This document shows positions 18,301 to 26,164 of a DNA stretch of 38,422 bases, one piece after another. Below the pieces are notes generated by a model. It did no database searches and was not told where the DNA came from. It saw only the letters and a list, made by a program, of their open reading frames with translations. The DNA comes from a virus. Lineage: Duplodnaviria; Heunggongvirae; Uroviricota; Caudoviricetes. Location: the IMG/VR virus record IMGVR_UViG_2925919700_000005, positions 1-38,422 of that record. The stretch is one strand, 5' to 3'. The first letter of the stretch is position 1; every line of letters starts with the position of its first letter. A program made the translations under genes and the position numbers.

Positions 18301-18839
18301 GTCAGGATTCACATACCCAAGCATATTCAATTTGGAAAGCAACTCATTGGGGTGTTGATCATCTTGCGGCAATGGGTGTTCATGCTGGCGGTGGTCAAGC
18401 TACCGTAATGATGCATATGAACAAAGGCGGCTGGTATTCATGGTCTGCAAATGGTGATTTCACATCTAGTGCGTCGGTTTACTGTAACGATGTTTATATT
18501 CGTTCCGACCGTCGTCTGAAAATTAACGTTGAAGACTACGAAGAAAATGCGGTAGATAAGGTAAATAAACTAAAAGTTAAAACCTACGATAAAGTTAAGT
18601 CTCTTTCTGACCGCGAAGTCATCGCACATGAGATTGGTATTATCGCACAGGATTTACAAGAAATTTTACCGGAAGCTGTTAGCACTTCTAATGTCGGATC
18701 TCTTGATAACCCAGAAGAGATTTTAACAATTTCTAACTCTGCTGTGAACGCGCTTTTAATTAAAGCGGTCCAAGAAATGAGCGAAGAAAATAAACTTCTT
18801 CGTGAACGTCTTGCTGCAATTGAAGCTAAATTAGGGTAA
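15318..18839 (+). CDS. long tail fibre with C-terminal S74 intramolecular chaperone (autoproteolytic) domain
   Basis: N-terminal ~250 aa of ~22-residue repeats (KVDxIKxxTDxTIAANxxxIN); C-terminal YIRSDRRLKINVEDYE...LLIKAVQEMSEENKLLRERLAAIEAKLG is the S74 signature with a predicted cleavage at S|D. Confidence 0.85.
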   Translation: MQSIQFKRTNVSGKKPTPEQLQVGEVAINLKDHVIFTKDRDHEVVQISVSPETHAALESKVDANKQELDSTIAVNDRNIHAKVDEIKQTTDSTIAANHAEINNKVDVIKRETDATIEANKNKAASDLAGVKAELSDTINANKNAAAVATQELDTRINKKVDDIKSRTDATIASNHKAINDKVDLIKAETDRTIAANQAYAENQLTDTYNNLTGVIAANKQEAADSVAALTRDVEAKNSAIHSKVDNNKSYTDSELARLESRIDAADGSADGKYIKKHVNTYTDGYLLSKTANYFDDPNARNLNYFGAFRMNDLAGHIAMILHVPHPSGVNHARGFEFTYGSNPVHTVRTYGYDELGHLAYSHRMYHEGDKPTPAEIGAYSKAEIDRLFQKTLNFGIEGGWFKLGTLTMPQQHGRSAKIRLVGGNGYNVGMNGQANIIELVIRCGNNSPKGVVFNAYYTIWHYEQHFCAIPTDGDNYDLYAYYGAHTGFVLAEYQVSSGGVSLNLLDTPEYLGGEKPVADEIFDALNISSFTNFSNRGTLNFAGNHQGQYDIEHLNEQQTNSKKMLRRFRSSAPATIWHETVDDNAYRLATGYEDTNQELLLTATTGLHVKRLTLDGGAAGGNAGIDIRRGPNESSHFNFMDYRTGQDVRNGWFGFGDLTTKDFIWWNDNGQNSINLIENGELHITGGKGQKIVMNSEVALSENARLAVKGGNYGLIFRNDGTGFHILTTDLKDSFGNWNNRRPFSYNFDDGGLYLGGTETARCLHLGIDGSTRLEENLVFRAGSRQSMDYIEMIHWGNSNTARDNVLSMKDSKGFLAEFERVGGTNGVKTRFFGETFTDGTLYLNQMNNSSERFSINNWGNSEVGRAAVMEIGDSKGYHFYTERRTDNSLAFDVAGAFTVHGPNGITIKNSTGARHIWFRDDSDAEKAVIWATDEGILHIRNNHGGSFSHHFQGAMIKAGEQVPYNSEYALIRGEVSGGAWDDWRNRPAGILLDCQDSHTQAYSIWKATHWGVDHLAAMGVHAGGGQATVMMHMNKGGWYSWSANGDFTSSASVYCNDVYIRSDRRLKINVEDYEENAVDKVNKLKVKTYDKVKSLSDREVIAHEIGIIAQDLQEILPEAVSTSNVGSLDNPEEILTISNSAVNALLIKAVQEMSEENKLLRERLAAIEAKLG

Positions 18840-18877
18840 TTGGAAAGCGGGGAGAAATCTCCGCTAAGGATTCTTAT

Positions 18878-19174
18878 ATGGGATATTGGGTAAGTAGTGA
18901 AATTAATACTAAAATCGATGCTTTAAAATGGCATGTGTTTGATATTCCTAATGGATATGTTCCCGGACGTGCTGGTGTTGCCGTTTTGCGGCATACCGCT
19001 CGTGATGGTTGGGGCGATATGCATATTTTCGTTGACGGTGTGGTCGCCGCGCGTCGTCGTGGTGGTGGGGATTGGGGATTTACGGTTAATGCGTTTGTTC
19101 CTGCTGGATGTACTGTCACCTTTGGTCATGGGGGTGTCGGTGGTATTGAATACTTTAAATTTATGGAGTTTTAA
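18878..19174 (+). CDS. glycine-rich small protein, paralog 1 of 3 (98 aa)
   Basis: TAAGGA SD; shares M-x-x-W-V, W[FH]xIPNG[WY], GGGD and a basic aromatic C-terminus with the next two ORFs. Confidence 0.65.
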   Translation: MGYWVSSEINTKIDALKWHVFDIPNGYVPGRAGVAVLRHTARDGWGDMHIFVDGVVAARRRGGGDWGFTVNAFVPAGCTVTFGHGGVGGIEYFKFMEF

Positions 19175-19176
19175 TT

Positions 19177-19482
19177 ATGGCTGGATGGGTTGCTGGAAGA
19201 ATGGCTAATGCCATTAGCATTTATGCTAATGGCGGCTGGTTTGGTATCCCTAATGGTTGGGTGGCGGATTCATGCGGTATTGTGTCTGTTCATGCCGAAG
19301 CCGTTGGTGGCGGTGGTGACCTGGACGCAGAATTATATGTAAACGGTACTCTCGAATCAGGTCATCACGCTGGTAATGCAGGAAGTTGGGGAGCAAGTTC
19401 TTTAGTTGGTGCTGGCGCTACTGTCAGTTTTAGTATTGGTAAAGGAAGTTTAAACCACTTCCAATTTAGGAGAATGCAATAA
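19177..19482 (+). CDS. glycine-rich small protein, paralog 2 of 3 (101 aa)
   Basis: Starts 2 nt after the paralog-1 stop; GIPNGWVADSCGIVSVHAEAVGGGGD. Confidence 0.65.
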   Translation: MAGWVAGRMANAISIYANGGWFGIPNGWVADSCGIVSVHAEAVGGGGDLDAELYVNGTLESGHHAGNAGSWGASSLVGAGATVSFSIGKGSLNHFQFRRMQ

Positions 19483-19784
19483 TGGCATTTTGGGTAGATG
19501 GTGCTTTAGGTAATAGAGCAGGTAAAGCGAATCAAGGATGGTTTGATATTCCTAACGGTTGGACACCTGACGCTTTCGGCACGGTTTCATTTGGTGCTCA
19601 TTCTTCTGGTGGTGGCGGTGGTGACTCAGAATTGCTTTTGCATGGCTTTTGTGTGTCTGGAAGTCATAAGGGTCATGATTGGGGACAGATCCATTCTTGT
19701 ATTGTGCCGCAAGGGGCGGTAATTACCGTTAGCACAAATAGGGGGGTCGCTCATCTTCGTTATAGACGTTTGAGCAACCGCTAA
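19482..19784 (+). CDS. glycine-rich small protein, paralog 3 of 3 (100 aa)
   Basis: ATG overlaps the paralog-2 stop (TAATG); DIPNGWTPDAFGTVSFGAHSSGGGGGD. Confidence 0.65.
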   Translation: MAFWVDGALGNRAGKANQGWFDIPNGWTPDAFGTVSFGAHSSGGGGGDSELLLHGFCVSGSHKGHDWGQIHSCIVPQGAVITVSTNRGVAHLRYRRLSNR

Positions 19785-19838
19785 ATAAATAGAATTACGG
19801 GTATGTGCCCTATTGTTTAAAATAGAAGGAAAAGAATA

Positions 19839-20312
19839 ATGACTACTAAATTTGATATTTTCTCTGGTGGCCTCGTTGGTCTGTTTCTGCAAGAAGACGT
19901 AAGCAATAAAGACCTTGATGCTGAAACCTATCTGGAAATCCCAGAATGCGCAGCGTTCCCGGAAACTGGTGTAGAACGTTCTACGATCGATGTTCCTAAC
20001 TTCTCTGGTGCTTATAACCGTAAGCTGGTTGGTCGTATGTCTGTACCGGATATCGAACTTTCGATCAACTACATGCCGGGTAACGAAGTACACGAAAAAC
20101 TGATTAAAGCAACCGAAGACGGTAAGCGCGTACAGCTTAAAATTGCTTACTACATCGATGCTACGAAAAAATCTGGTGTACATATCGCTTATAACGGCTT
20201 CCTGTCTAAAACTACCATGACTGGTGGTGAGGATGCTGTAGTAGGCCGTACCTTCACCTTTGTAGTAGATGGTGCTCCGGTTAAACAAGCTGTTTTCCAG
20301 AAAGTCGTCTAA
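19839..20312 (+). CDS. major tail tube protein (lambda gpV N-domain-like)
   Basis: Lies directly before the chaperone and tape measure genes; IELSINYMPGN resembles lambda V TSFTLAWMPGE (from memory); AAGGAA SD; strong terminator follows. Confidence 0.6.
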   Translation: MTTKFDIFSGGLVGLFLQEDVSNKDLDAETYLEIPECAAFPETGVERSTIDVPNFSGAYNRKLVGRMSVPDIELSINYMPGNEVHEKLIKATEDGKRVQLKIAYYIDATKKSGVHIAYNGFLSKTTMTGGEDAVVGRTFTFVVDGAPVKQAVFQKVV

Positions 20313-20320
20313 TATTATCT

Positions 20321-20349
20321 AGCCATCCTTCGGGGTGGCTTTTTTGTTT
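20321..20349 (+). terminator. Rho-independent terminator after the tail tube gene
   Basis: AGCCATCC-TTCG-GGGTGGCT followed by TTTTTTGTTT. Confidence 0.75.
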
Positions 20350-20606
20350 CCAATTCTAAATAAACATATCGAATTAACTTAAGAGGAAACAAGAATGAAT
20401 ATTAATGAAATGTTAGCCGCACTCTCTCCGAAACGTGAATCTTTGACCATCGGTGGATTCACTTTCTATGCTCGCCCTATGTCAGTAAAAGAATTTAACG
20501 AACATGTTTTCAATACTGATAAAGAAGACCGTGATGAACGTTCTATTCTTCGTTGTATTGAAGATGAAGACGGTAAGCCAGTATTTGAATCTATGGAACA
20601 AGTTAA

Positions 20607-20615
20607 GGCACTGTA
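20607..20615. repeat. IS10 target-site duplication, left copy (GGCACTGTA)
   Basis: Identical 9-mer immediately flanks both ends of the element. Confidence 0.95.
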
Positions 20616-21944
20616 CTGAGAGATCCCCTCATAATTTCCCCAAAACGTAACCATGTGTGAATAGATTTTGAGTAAGCAGGGTTGCAGCCACGAGTGAGTC
20701 TTCCCTTGTTATTGTGTAGCCAGAATGCCGCAAAACTTCCATGCCTAAGCGAACTGTTGAGAGTACGTTTCGATTTCTGACTGTGTTAGCCTGGAAGTGC
20801 TTGTCCCAACCTTGTTTCTGAGCATGAACGCCCGCAAGCCAACATGTTAGTTGAAGCATCAGGGCGATTAGCAGCATGATATCAAAACGCTCTGAGCTGC
20901 TCGTTCGGCTATGGCGTAGGCCTAGTCCGTAGGCAGGACTTTTCAAGTCTCGGAAGGTTTCTTCAATCTGCATTCGCTTCGAATAGATATTAACAAGTTG
21001 TTTGGGTGTTCGAATTTCAACAGGTAAGTTAGTTGCTAGAATCCATGGCTCCTTTGCCGACGCTGAGTAGATTTTAGGTGACGGGTGGTGACAATGAGTC
21101 CGTGTCGAGCGCTGATTTTTTCGGCCTTTAGAGCGAGATTTATACAATAGAATTTGGCATGAGATTGGATTGCTTTTAGTCAGCCTCTTATAGCCTAAAG
21201 TCTTTGAGTGACTAGATGACATATCATGTAAGTTGCTGATAGGTTTCCAGTTTTCCGCTCCTAGGTCTGCATATTGTACTTTTCCTCTTACTCGACTTAA
21301 CCAGTACCAACCCAGCTTCTCAACGGATTTATACCATGGCACTTTAAAGCCAGCATCACTGACAATGAGCGGTGTGGTGTTACTCGGTAGAATGCTCGCA
21401 AGGTCGGCTAGAAATTGGTCATGAGCTTTCTTTGAACATTGCTCTGAAAGCGGGAACGCTTTCTCATAAAGAGTAACAGAACGACCGTGTAGTGCGACTG
21501 AAGCTCGCAATACCATAAGCCGTTTTTGCTCACGGATATCAGACCAGTCAACAAGTACAATGGGCATCGTATTGCCCGAACAGATAAAGCTAGCATGCCA
21601 ACGGTATACAGCGAGTCGCTCTTTGTGGAGGTGACGATTACCTAACAATCGGTCGATTCGTTTGATGTTATGTTTTGTTCTCGCTTTGGTTGGCAGGTTA
21701 CGGCCAAGTTCGGTAAGAGTGAGAGTTTTACAGTCAAGTAAGGCGTGGCAAGCCAACGTTAAGCTGTTGAGTCGTTTTAAGTGTAATTCGGGGCAGAATT
21801 GGTAAAGAGAGTCGTGTAAAATATCGAGTTCGCACATTTTGTTGTCTGATTATTGATTTTTGGCGAAACCATTTGATCATATGACAAGATGTGTATCTAC
21901 CTTAACTTAATGATTTTGATAAAAATCATTAGGGGATTCATCAG
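20616..21944 (-). mobile_element. IS10 insertion sequence, complete (1329 bp)
   Basis: Ends CTGAGAGATCCCCTCATAATTTCCCC (inside end, 20616) and ...AAAATCATTAGGGGATTCATCAG (outside end, 21944); length 1329 bp; encodes the 402-aa IS10 transposase. Confidence 0.97.
20629..21837 (-). CDS. IS10 transposase
   Basis: 402-aa translation MCELDILHDSLYQFCPELHLKRL...HGYVLGKL matches the IS10/Tn10 transposase as I recall it; start is 107 bp inside the outside end. Confidence 0.97.
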   Translation of the reverse strand: MCELDILHDSLYQFCPELHLKRLNSLTLACHALLDCKTLTLTELGRNLPTKARTKHNIKRIDRLLGNRHLHKERLAVYRWHASFICSGNTMPIVLVDWSDIREQKRLMVLRASVALHGRSVTLYEKAFPLSEQCSKKAHDQFLADLASILPSNTTPLIVSDAGFKVPWYKSVEKLGWYWLSRVRGKVQYADLGAENWKPISNLHDMSSSHSKTLGYKRLTKSNPISCQILLYKSRSKGRKNQRSTRTHCHHPSPKIYSASAKEPWILATNLPVEIRTPKQLVNIYSKRMQIEETFRDLKSPAYGLGLRHSRTSSSERFDIMLLIALMLQLTCWLAGVHAQKQGWDKHFQANTVRNRNVLSTVRLGMEVLRHSGYTITREDSLVAATLLTQNLFTHGYVLGKL

Positions 21945-21953
21945 GGCACTGTA
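21945..21953. repeat. IS10 target-site duplication, right copy (GGCACTGTA)
   Basis: Perfect copy of 20607-20615. Confidence 0.95.
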
Positions 21954-22070
21954 TACTAACGTTCGAAGTGAATTAATCGGTTTAGTTGCTCAAGCGTCAT
22001 TGATGCAAGATCCGGCAGTAATTGAAAACGAGGTAAAGTAAACCCGCTTCTGAATTTCTATTTCCGGCAA

Positions 22071-22412
22071 ATGATGAGATCGGGGCTTAGTAAAGATGAA
22101 ATGGATAATATGCCAATCACTCTGTTTTGGAAATTATACATTTTCGACACCTACTTAGAACCACAAAGCCCCGCGTTTCATGATATGCAGAATGCGATGT
22201 TGCAATATTCCATGTATATGACGTCGCAAGGAATGACACGCGAAACTGCACGTAAACTCAAGCCTAGCCAATTCCAATTAATTAGAGAAGAAAAACTCTT
22301 TAAAACTAAAGAAGAACTGGAAGAAATTGCACGCAAGAAAGAAGAAGAACGTAAAGCGGCAATGCTGAACATGTTTGATCCATCTTTGCTTGAGAAACTC
22401 AGAAGCGGTTAA
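22071..22412 (+). CDS. tail assembly protein (lambda T-like position), possibly the downstream part of a frameshifted chaperone
   Basis: This frame is -1 relative to the chaperone and open from 22026; ends just before the tape measure start. Confidence 0.5.
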   Translation: MMRSGLSKDEMDNMPITLFWKLYIFDTYLEPQSPAFHDMQNAMLQYSMYMTSQGMTRETARKLKPSQFQLIREEKLFKTKEELEEIARKKEEERKAAMLNMFDPSLLEKLRSG

Positions 22413-22423
22413 AGGGGTAATTT

Positions 22424-24853
22424 ATGACAAGACATATAGTAACAATAGAAGGGGATAATAAAGGTCTAAGGAGAAGTACCAATGAAGCCGCCGACCTTCT
22501 CGATAGTTTGTCTGAAAAGGCAAGTAATATTGATTTTGGTGGTGGCTTATCTGGTCTGACTGGGTCTCTTCGTGGGATCGCTGGCTCTGCTGGTTTGGCT
22601 GCTGGTGGTATCGGCTTAGTTGCGACCGCAGTGGTTGCAGCCGCTAAAGCTGGCGCGGAATACGTTAAACAGTATTCAGAAGTATCTAAGGCGACCGGAC
22701 TCTCGATTGAATCCCTTCAAAGACTGGAAAAGGAATTTTCTGGCACTGGCTTAACAGTTGAAAAATTTGGCGATATCAACAAAGACACCTTAGATAAGAT
22801 GGGTGATGCGTGGGCTAACGGTGGTGGTATTGCTGATGACTTAGAATCGGTTGGCCTTAAGTTAGAAAACTATGCTCACTTCATGACAGATCCGCAAGGT
22901 GGTATGAAAGCGGCGATCCAAGTGTTCTATGACATGAAGAAAGCCGGAAAATCAATGGCTGAAATCAAGTTCATGATGGAATCTTTAGCCAGTGATTCAA
23001 GCCATATGACCAGCCAGCTTGAGAAATATAATAGTGCTCAAGAGGCGATGATCGCTATTCAGAATCAATCTGTTAACGTCACCGAAGAAAACGCTAAAAA
23101 ATATGATAAATTTTCTCAGAATATTAATAAGCTGGAAAATAACCTGAAAGGTGTCGGCATGACCATTACTGGTCCTTTGGTTGATAGCTTAAACTGGTTA
23201 TTTGACTGGTTTAATATTGATTGGGAAAAGAGTTCTCTATTCAGGGCATTAGACCGACTGAATAAAGAAGGCAAGACCGCAACTGGCGGTATTCTTAACG
23301 CCAACCATAAAGACGCTCAAAAAATTATTGACAAGTACAATAAAGAAAAGCGTTGGAATAATCTGGCAGATTGGGAAAAGGCCGCGATCCGTGGTGCTGG
23401 TGTCGATCCTCGTACTGCTGGCTTTGATGTAGAAGCATATAAGAAACGTTTTGGTAATTCTTATAAGAAAAATGGCTCTCTGATTGTAGTCGATAACGGG
23501 GAACATCTAACCCGCAAGGCAGATCCTAACCGTGATTTGACTATCCCAACTACACCAACTCGACCAGCTTCATTGGGTAAGTCTGGCAACGAGAAGAAAG
23601 CCGAGGAAGAAGCCAAAAAGAAAGCGGAAGAGGCAGCTAAAAAGGCTAAGGAAGCCGCAGAAAAAGCACAGAAAGAACGTGAGGATGCAATCAAGCGTCT
23701 GAATGCACTTGATGTTAAATTGCAAGGGCAAGTCGCCGCGTCTATTGCTTCTCAAAACAAGCAATTAGAATCCAGTTTGAAAGATTTGGACACTGCTTTA
23801 GATCTGGGCTTAATCTCTCAGCAAGACGCAGCCGCGAAACGCCAATCCTTAATCGATCAGAATACTGAAAACGTATACAAAATGGTTTTAGGTGCTGATC
23901 CGGTTGATGCTTTGAATGCCTTAACACAATTGCAACAAATAAGGGACAACGAGCTAGAAAGCCATAAACGGTTACTTGATGGTAAAGCTATCTCCTACGA
24001 AGAATATATGCGTCGTGTGAACGATACCGAGCAAAACTATTCTCAGATTGAAAATTCTTTACAGGGAATGGATGGTTTTAAAACCAATCAGTTGACCAAT
24101 AGCTTAGACTATCAGGATTCAAATAACCCGTTTGCTAAATTTAATGCAATCGATAAAGAGAAATCGGAAGCGGAACAAGATTATAAAACCGATAAACTCA
24201 AGATTGACGGTATTAATGATCCGGCTAAACGGATGGAAGCATTAGAAAAACTCAATGAAAACCATCAAAAACGAATGGCTGCAATTGAGAAGAAATATGC
24301 TGATGCTCGACAGTCAATAGCCGATGATATGTATGGCGGTTTTGCTGCTGCAATGACTCTCTTCGGGCAGGAAAACACTAAAGCTATGCAGATGGCTTTC
24401 ACTGCTCATAAAGCATTCTCCATTGGACAAGCGACGGTGAACATGTGGACGGCTGCTACCGATGCATGGAACGATCCAACCAACGTAACCACAGGTCAAA
24501 AAATCGCTGCTGCTGCATTGGCTGTTTCTCAGAACATGGGGAGCATCGCAAACATCAAGTCTACTAACGTTAGCGGTATGGCTCATGATGGTATTGATAA
24601 CATCCCTCGTGAGGGTACATGGCTGCTTGATAAGGGTGAACGAGTAGTTGATCAGCGTACTAACGGTGATTTGAAAGACTTCTTATCTGCTCAAAAATCA
24701 GGCGGTGGTAACTCTCAGCCGATTGAAGTTAACGCACCTTTGAACATTAACGGCAACGTTAATAGCTCAGACAAGATGGTCATGGATGCTATCAAACGTC
24801 ATGCTAAGTTAGTTGCTCAGGCGGTAGAAGACGCACAGCGCCGTAAGATGTAA
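22424..24853 (+). CDS. tape measure protein
   Basis: 809 aa, directly downstream of the tube and chaperone genes; N-terminal Gly/Ala-rich hydrophobic segments and long K/E-rich helical regions; AAAGGGGTAATTT-ATG. Confidence 0.8.
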   Translation: MTRHIVTIEGDNKGLRRSTNEAADLLDSLSEKASNIDFGGGLSGLTGSLRGIAGSAGLAAGGIGLVATAVVAAAKAGAEYVKQYSEVSKATGLSIESLQRLEKEFSGTGLTVEKFGDINKDTLDKMGDAWANGGGIADDLESVGLKLENYAHFMTDPQGGMKAAIQVFYDMKKAGKSMAEIKFMMESLASDSSHMTSQLEKYNSAQEAMIAIQNQSVNVTEENAKKYDKFSQNINKLENNLKGVGMTITGPLVDSLNWLFDWFNIDWEKSSLFRALDRLNKEGKTATGGILNANHKDAQKIIDKYNKEKRWNNLADWEKAAIRGAGVDPRTAGFDVEAYKKRFGNSYKKNGSLIVVDNGEHLTRKADPNRDLTIPTTPTRPASLGKSGNEKKAEEEAKKKAEEAAKKAKEAAEKAQKEREDAIKRLNALDVKLQGQVAASIASQNKQLESSLKDLDTALDLGLISQQDAAAKRQSLIDQNTENVYKMVLGADPVDALNALTQLQQIRDNELESHKRLLDGKAISYEEYMRRVNDTEQNYSQIENSLQGMDGFKTNQLTNSLDYQDSNNPFAKFNAIDKEKSEAEQDYKTDKLKIDGINDPAKRMEALEKLNENHQKRMAAIEKKYADARQSIADDMYGGFAAAMTLFGQENTKAMQMAFTAHKAFSIGQATVNMWTAATDAWNDPTNVTTGQKIAAAALAVSQNMGSIANIKSTNVSGMAHDGIDNIPREGTWLLDKGERVVDQRTNGDLKDFLSAQKSGGGNSQPIEVNAPLNINGNVNSSDKMVMDAIKRHAKLVAQAVEDAQRRKM

Positions 24854-24856
24854 TTA

Positions 24857-24903
24857 AAAGCCCTCATAGTGATAAATAATCATAAAACTATGGGGGCTTT
24901 TTC
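24857..24903 (+). promoter_or_regulatory. Hairpin AAGCCCTCATAG...CTATGGGGGCTT that sequesters the GGGGG Shine-Dalgarno of the next gene; also terminator-like (T-run)
   Basis: 12-bp stem with one G-U pair and a 19-nt loop, followed by TTTTT; the right arm GGGGG lies 9 nt upstream of ATG 24905. Confidence 0.5.
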
Positions 24904-24904
24904 T

Positions 24905-25465
24905 ATGTTCAAATCCAAAAATATTAAAATCACAGATTTTACTCTTAAATCAAAACAACCTTTCTTCAAGGCGCAATCTATTTCTGGTAAGTTCCAGCGT
25001 CGCTTTACTGGTATTCATTTTTATGAAGCAGAATTTACAGCTAATTTCATGGCTCAGGATATTAACGAAGTAAAAGAATTTGTAGCACGTCACCTTTTTG
25101 GTCGTCCTTTTAGTGTGCCACTGTCTTACTTTTCAAAATATACAGGTGATGTACGCCAGATGGTTACGGCTGCTGCTGGTACTGCTCGCGGTGGGCGTAA
25201 GGTGAGAATCTCCAACTTCACCGGAACACTGAAAGCGGGAACTATCATCCAGTTTGAGAACCACAAGAAAATCTACACGATCACCGAAGATGTGAAATCA
25301 GGTGGTGAAATGAAACTCTTCCCTAACTTGCGTCAGAACGTCCTGGCGGGTGAGGTGATCAAGTATCAAAACGTAGAAGGCGAATTTGTTCTCAAAACTG
25401 AAAATATCGATTGGAAGATCGCCCAGATTGGCAAGATGAAATTCGAATTAGTGGAGAATGTATAA
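24905..25465 (+). CDS. minor tail protein (lambda gpM-like position)
   Basis: First gene after the tape measure; start chosen at ATG 24905 downstream of the hairpin; functional call by position only. Confidence 0.5.
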   Translation: MFKSKNIKITDFTLKSKQPFFKAQSISGKFQRRFTGIHFYEAEFTANFMAQDINEVKEFVARHLFGRPFSVPLSYFSKYTGDVRQMVTAAAGTARGGRKVRISNFTGTLKAGTIIQFENHKKIYTITEDVKSGGEMKLFPNLRQNVLAGEVIKYQNVEGEFVLKTENIDWKIAQIGKMKFELVENV

Positions 25466-26118
25466 TGGCAACTATTCAGGAATCATTCAGCAAACTATGC
25501 ACTAATCTGGACTTCATCGAGGTCTACAACGACCAGACAGGTCAGAATGTGTCTAGATTGACGCTACCGCAGCTTTTTTCCACTGGATCGATGTTTCACA
25601 TTATCGAAGTGATAACAGCGTCAGGGGACGTTCTACGGCTTACAGATGGGTATTTCGATTTGGACTATAACGGATTTACGTATCTCGCAACGGGTGATTT
25701 TCTTCAAATCTCATCGAATACCGAAGAGAAGGAGATCAACAACAACGGGATCAACGTAACTGTTTCTAACGTTCGCGAAGAATACATTACCCTGATTCGA
25801 AACAAGCAATTCGATAAATCAGATGTGAAAATCGAGATGGTTTTCCTGAACCCTAACACGGGCAAGGTTGAAACCACTTACCCTGTTTTCCGTGGGGTAG
25901 TCGATTCCATCGGGATTAACATCGAACATGAAGATGATGAGTGTAAAAACGAATCAGAATTTCAGCTTAATAGTATCTGGGAAGTTCTAGATAAAAACGC
26001 TCGTAGTCATGCTTCCGATGGTATCCACCGATCCTATGTTGGAAACGAGAACGATCTATTCTTCTCAAGGGCGGGTCGCTGGCAATCGGAAAGCAAGTGG
26101 CATTCATCGAAGAAATAA
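25465..26118 (+). CDS. minor tail protein (lambda gpL-like position)
   Basis: ATG overlaps the upstream stop (TAATG); GGAGA SD; position in the tail tip cluster. Confidence 0.5.
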   Translation: MATIQESFSKLCTNLDFIEVYNDQTGQNVSRLTLPQLFSTGSMFHIIEVITASGDVLRLTDGYFDLDYNGFTYLATGDFLQISSNTEEKEINNNGINVTVSNVREEYITLIRNKQFDKSDVKIEMVFLNPNTGKVETTYPVFRGVVDSIGINIEHEDDECKNESEFQLNSIWEVLDKNARSHASDGIHRSYVGNENDLFFSRAGRWQSESKWHSSKK

Positions 26119-26164
26119 TCCCTTCTCCCTAAGCCTAGTAAATAACAGCATGGAGGTATTCAAC

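Larger units (their letters stand above)
20395..22041 (+). pseudogene. tail assembly chaperone (lambda G-like position) interrupted by IS10; intact reading frame is 20395..20615 joined to 21954..22041 (101 aa)
   Basis: The ORF stops at TGA 20617-20619, which lies inside the IS10 end; removing the IS and one copy of the 9-bp duplication restores ...EQVKALYTNVRSELIGLVAQASLMQDPAVIENEVK*. Confidence 0.8.

Noticed and set aside
18846-18866. Terminator after the tail fibre gene
   Set aside because: An imperfect hairpin is present but there is no T-run; it is more likely a weak structure than a terminator.
19626-20288. 220-aa minus-strand ORF overlapping the tail tube gene
   Set aside because: Antisense shadow; the plus-strand tail tube gene has a ribosome-binding site, a terminator and family resemblance.
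22023-22041. Canonical -1 slippery heptamer for a G/GT frameshift
   Set aside because: The overlap GAAAACGAGGTAAAGTAA contains no X-XXY-YYZ motif, so the frameshift is reported only as a possibility.
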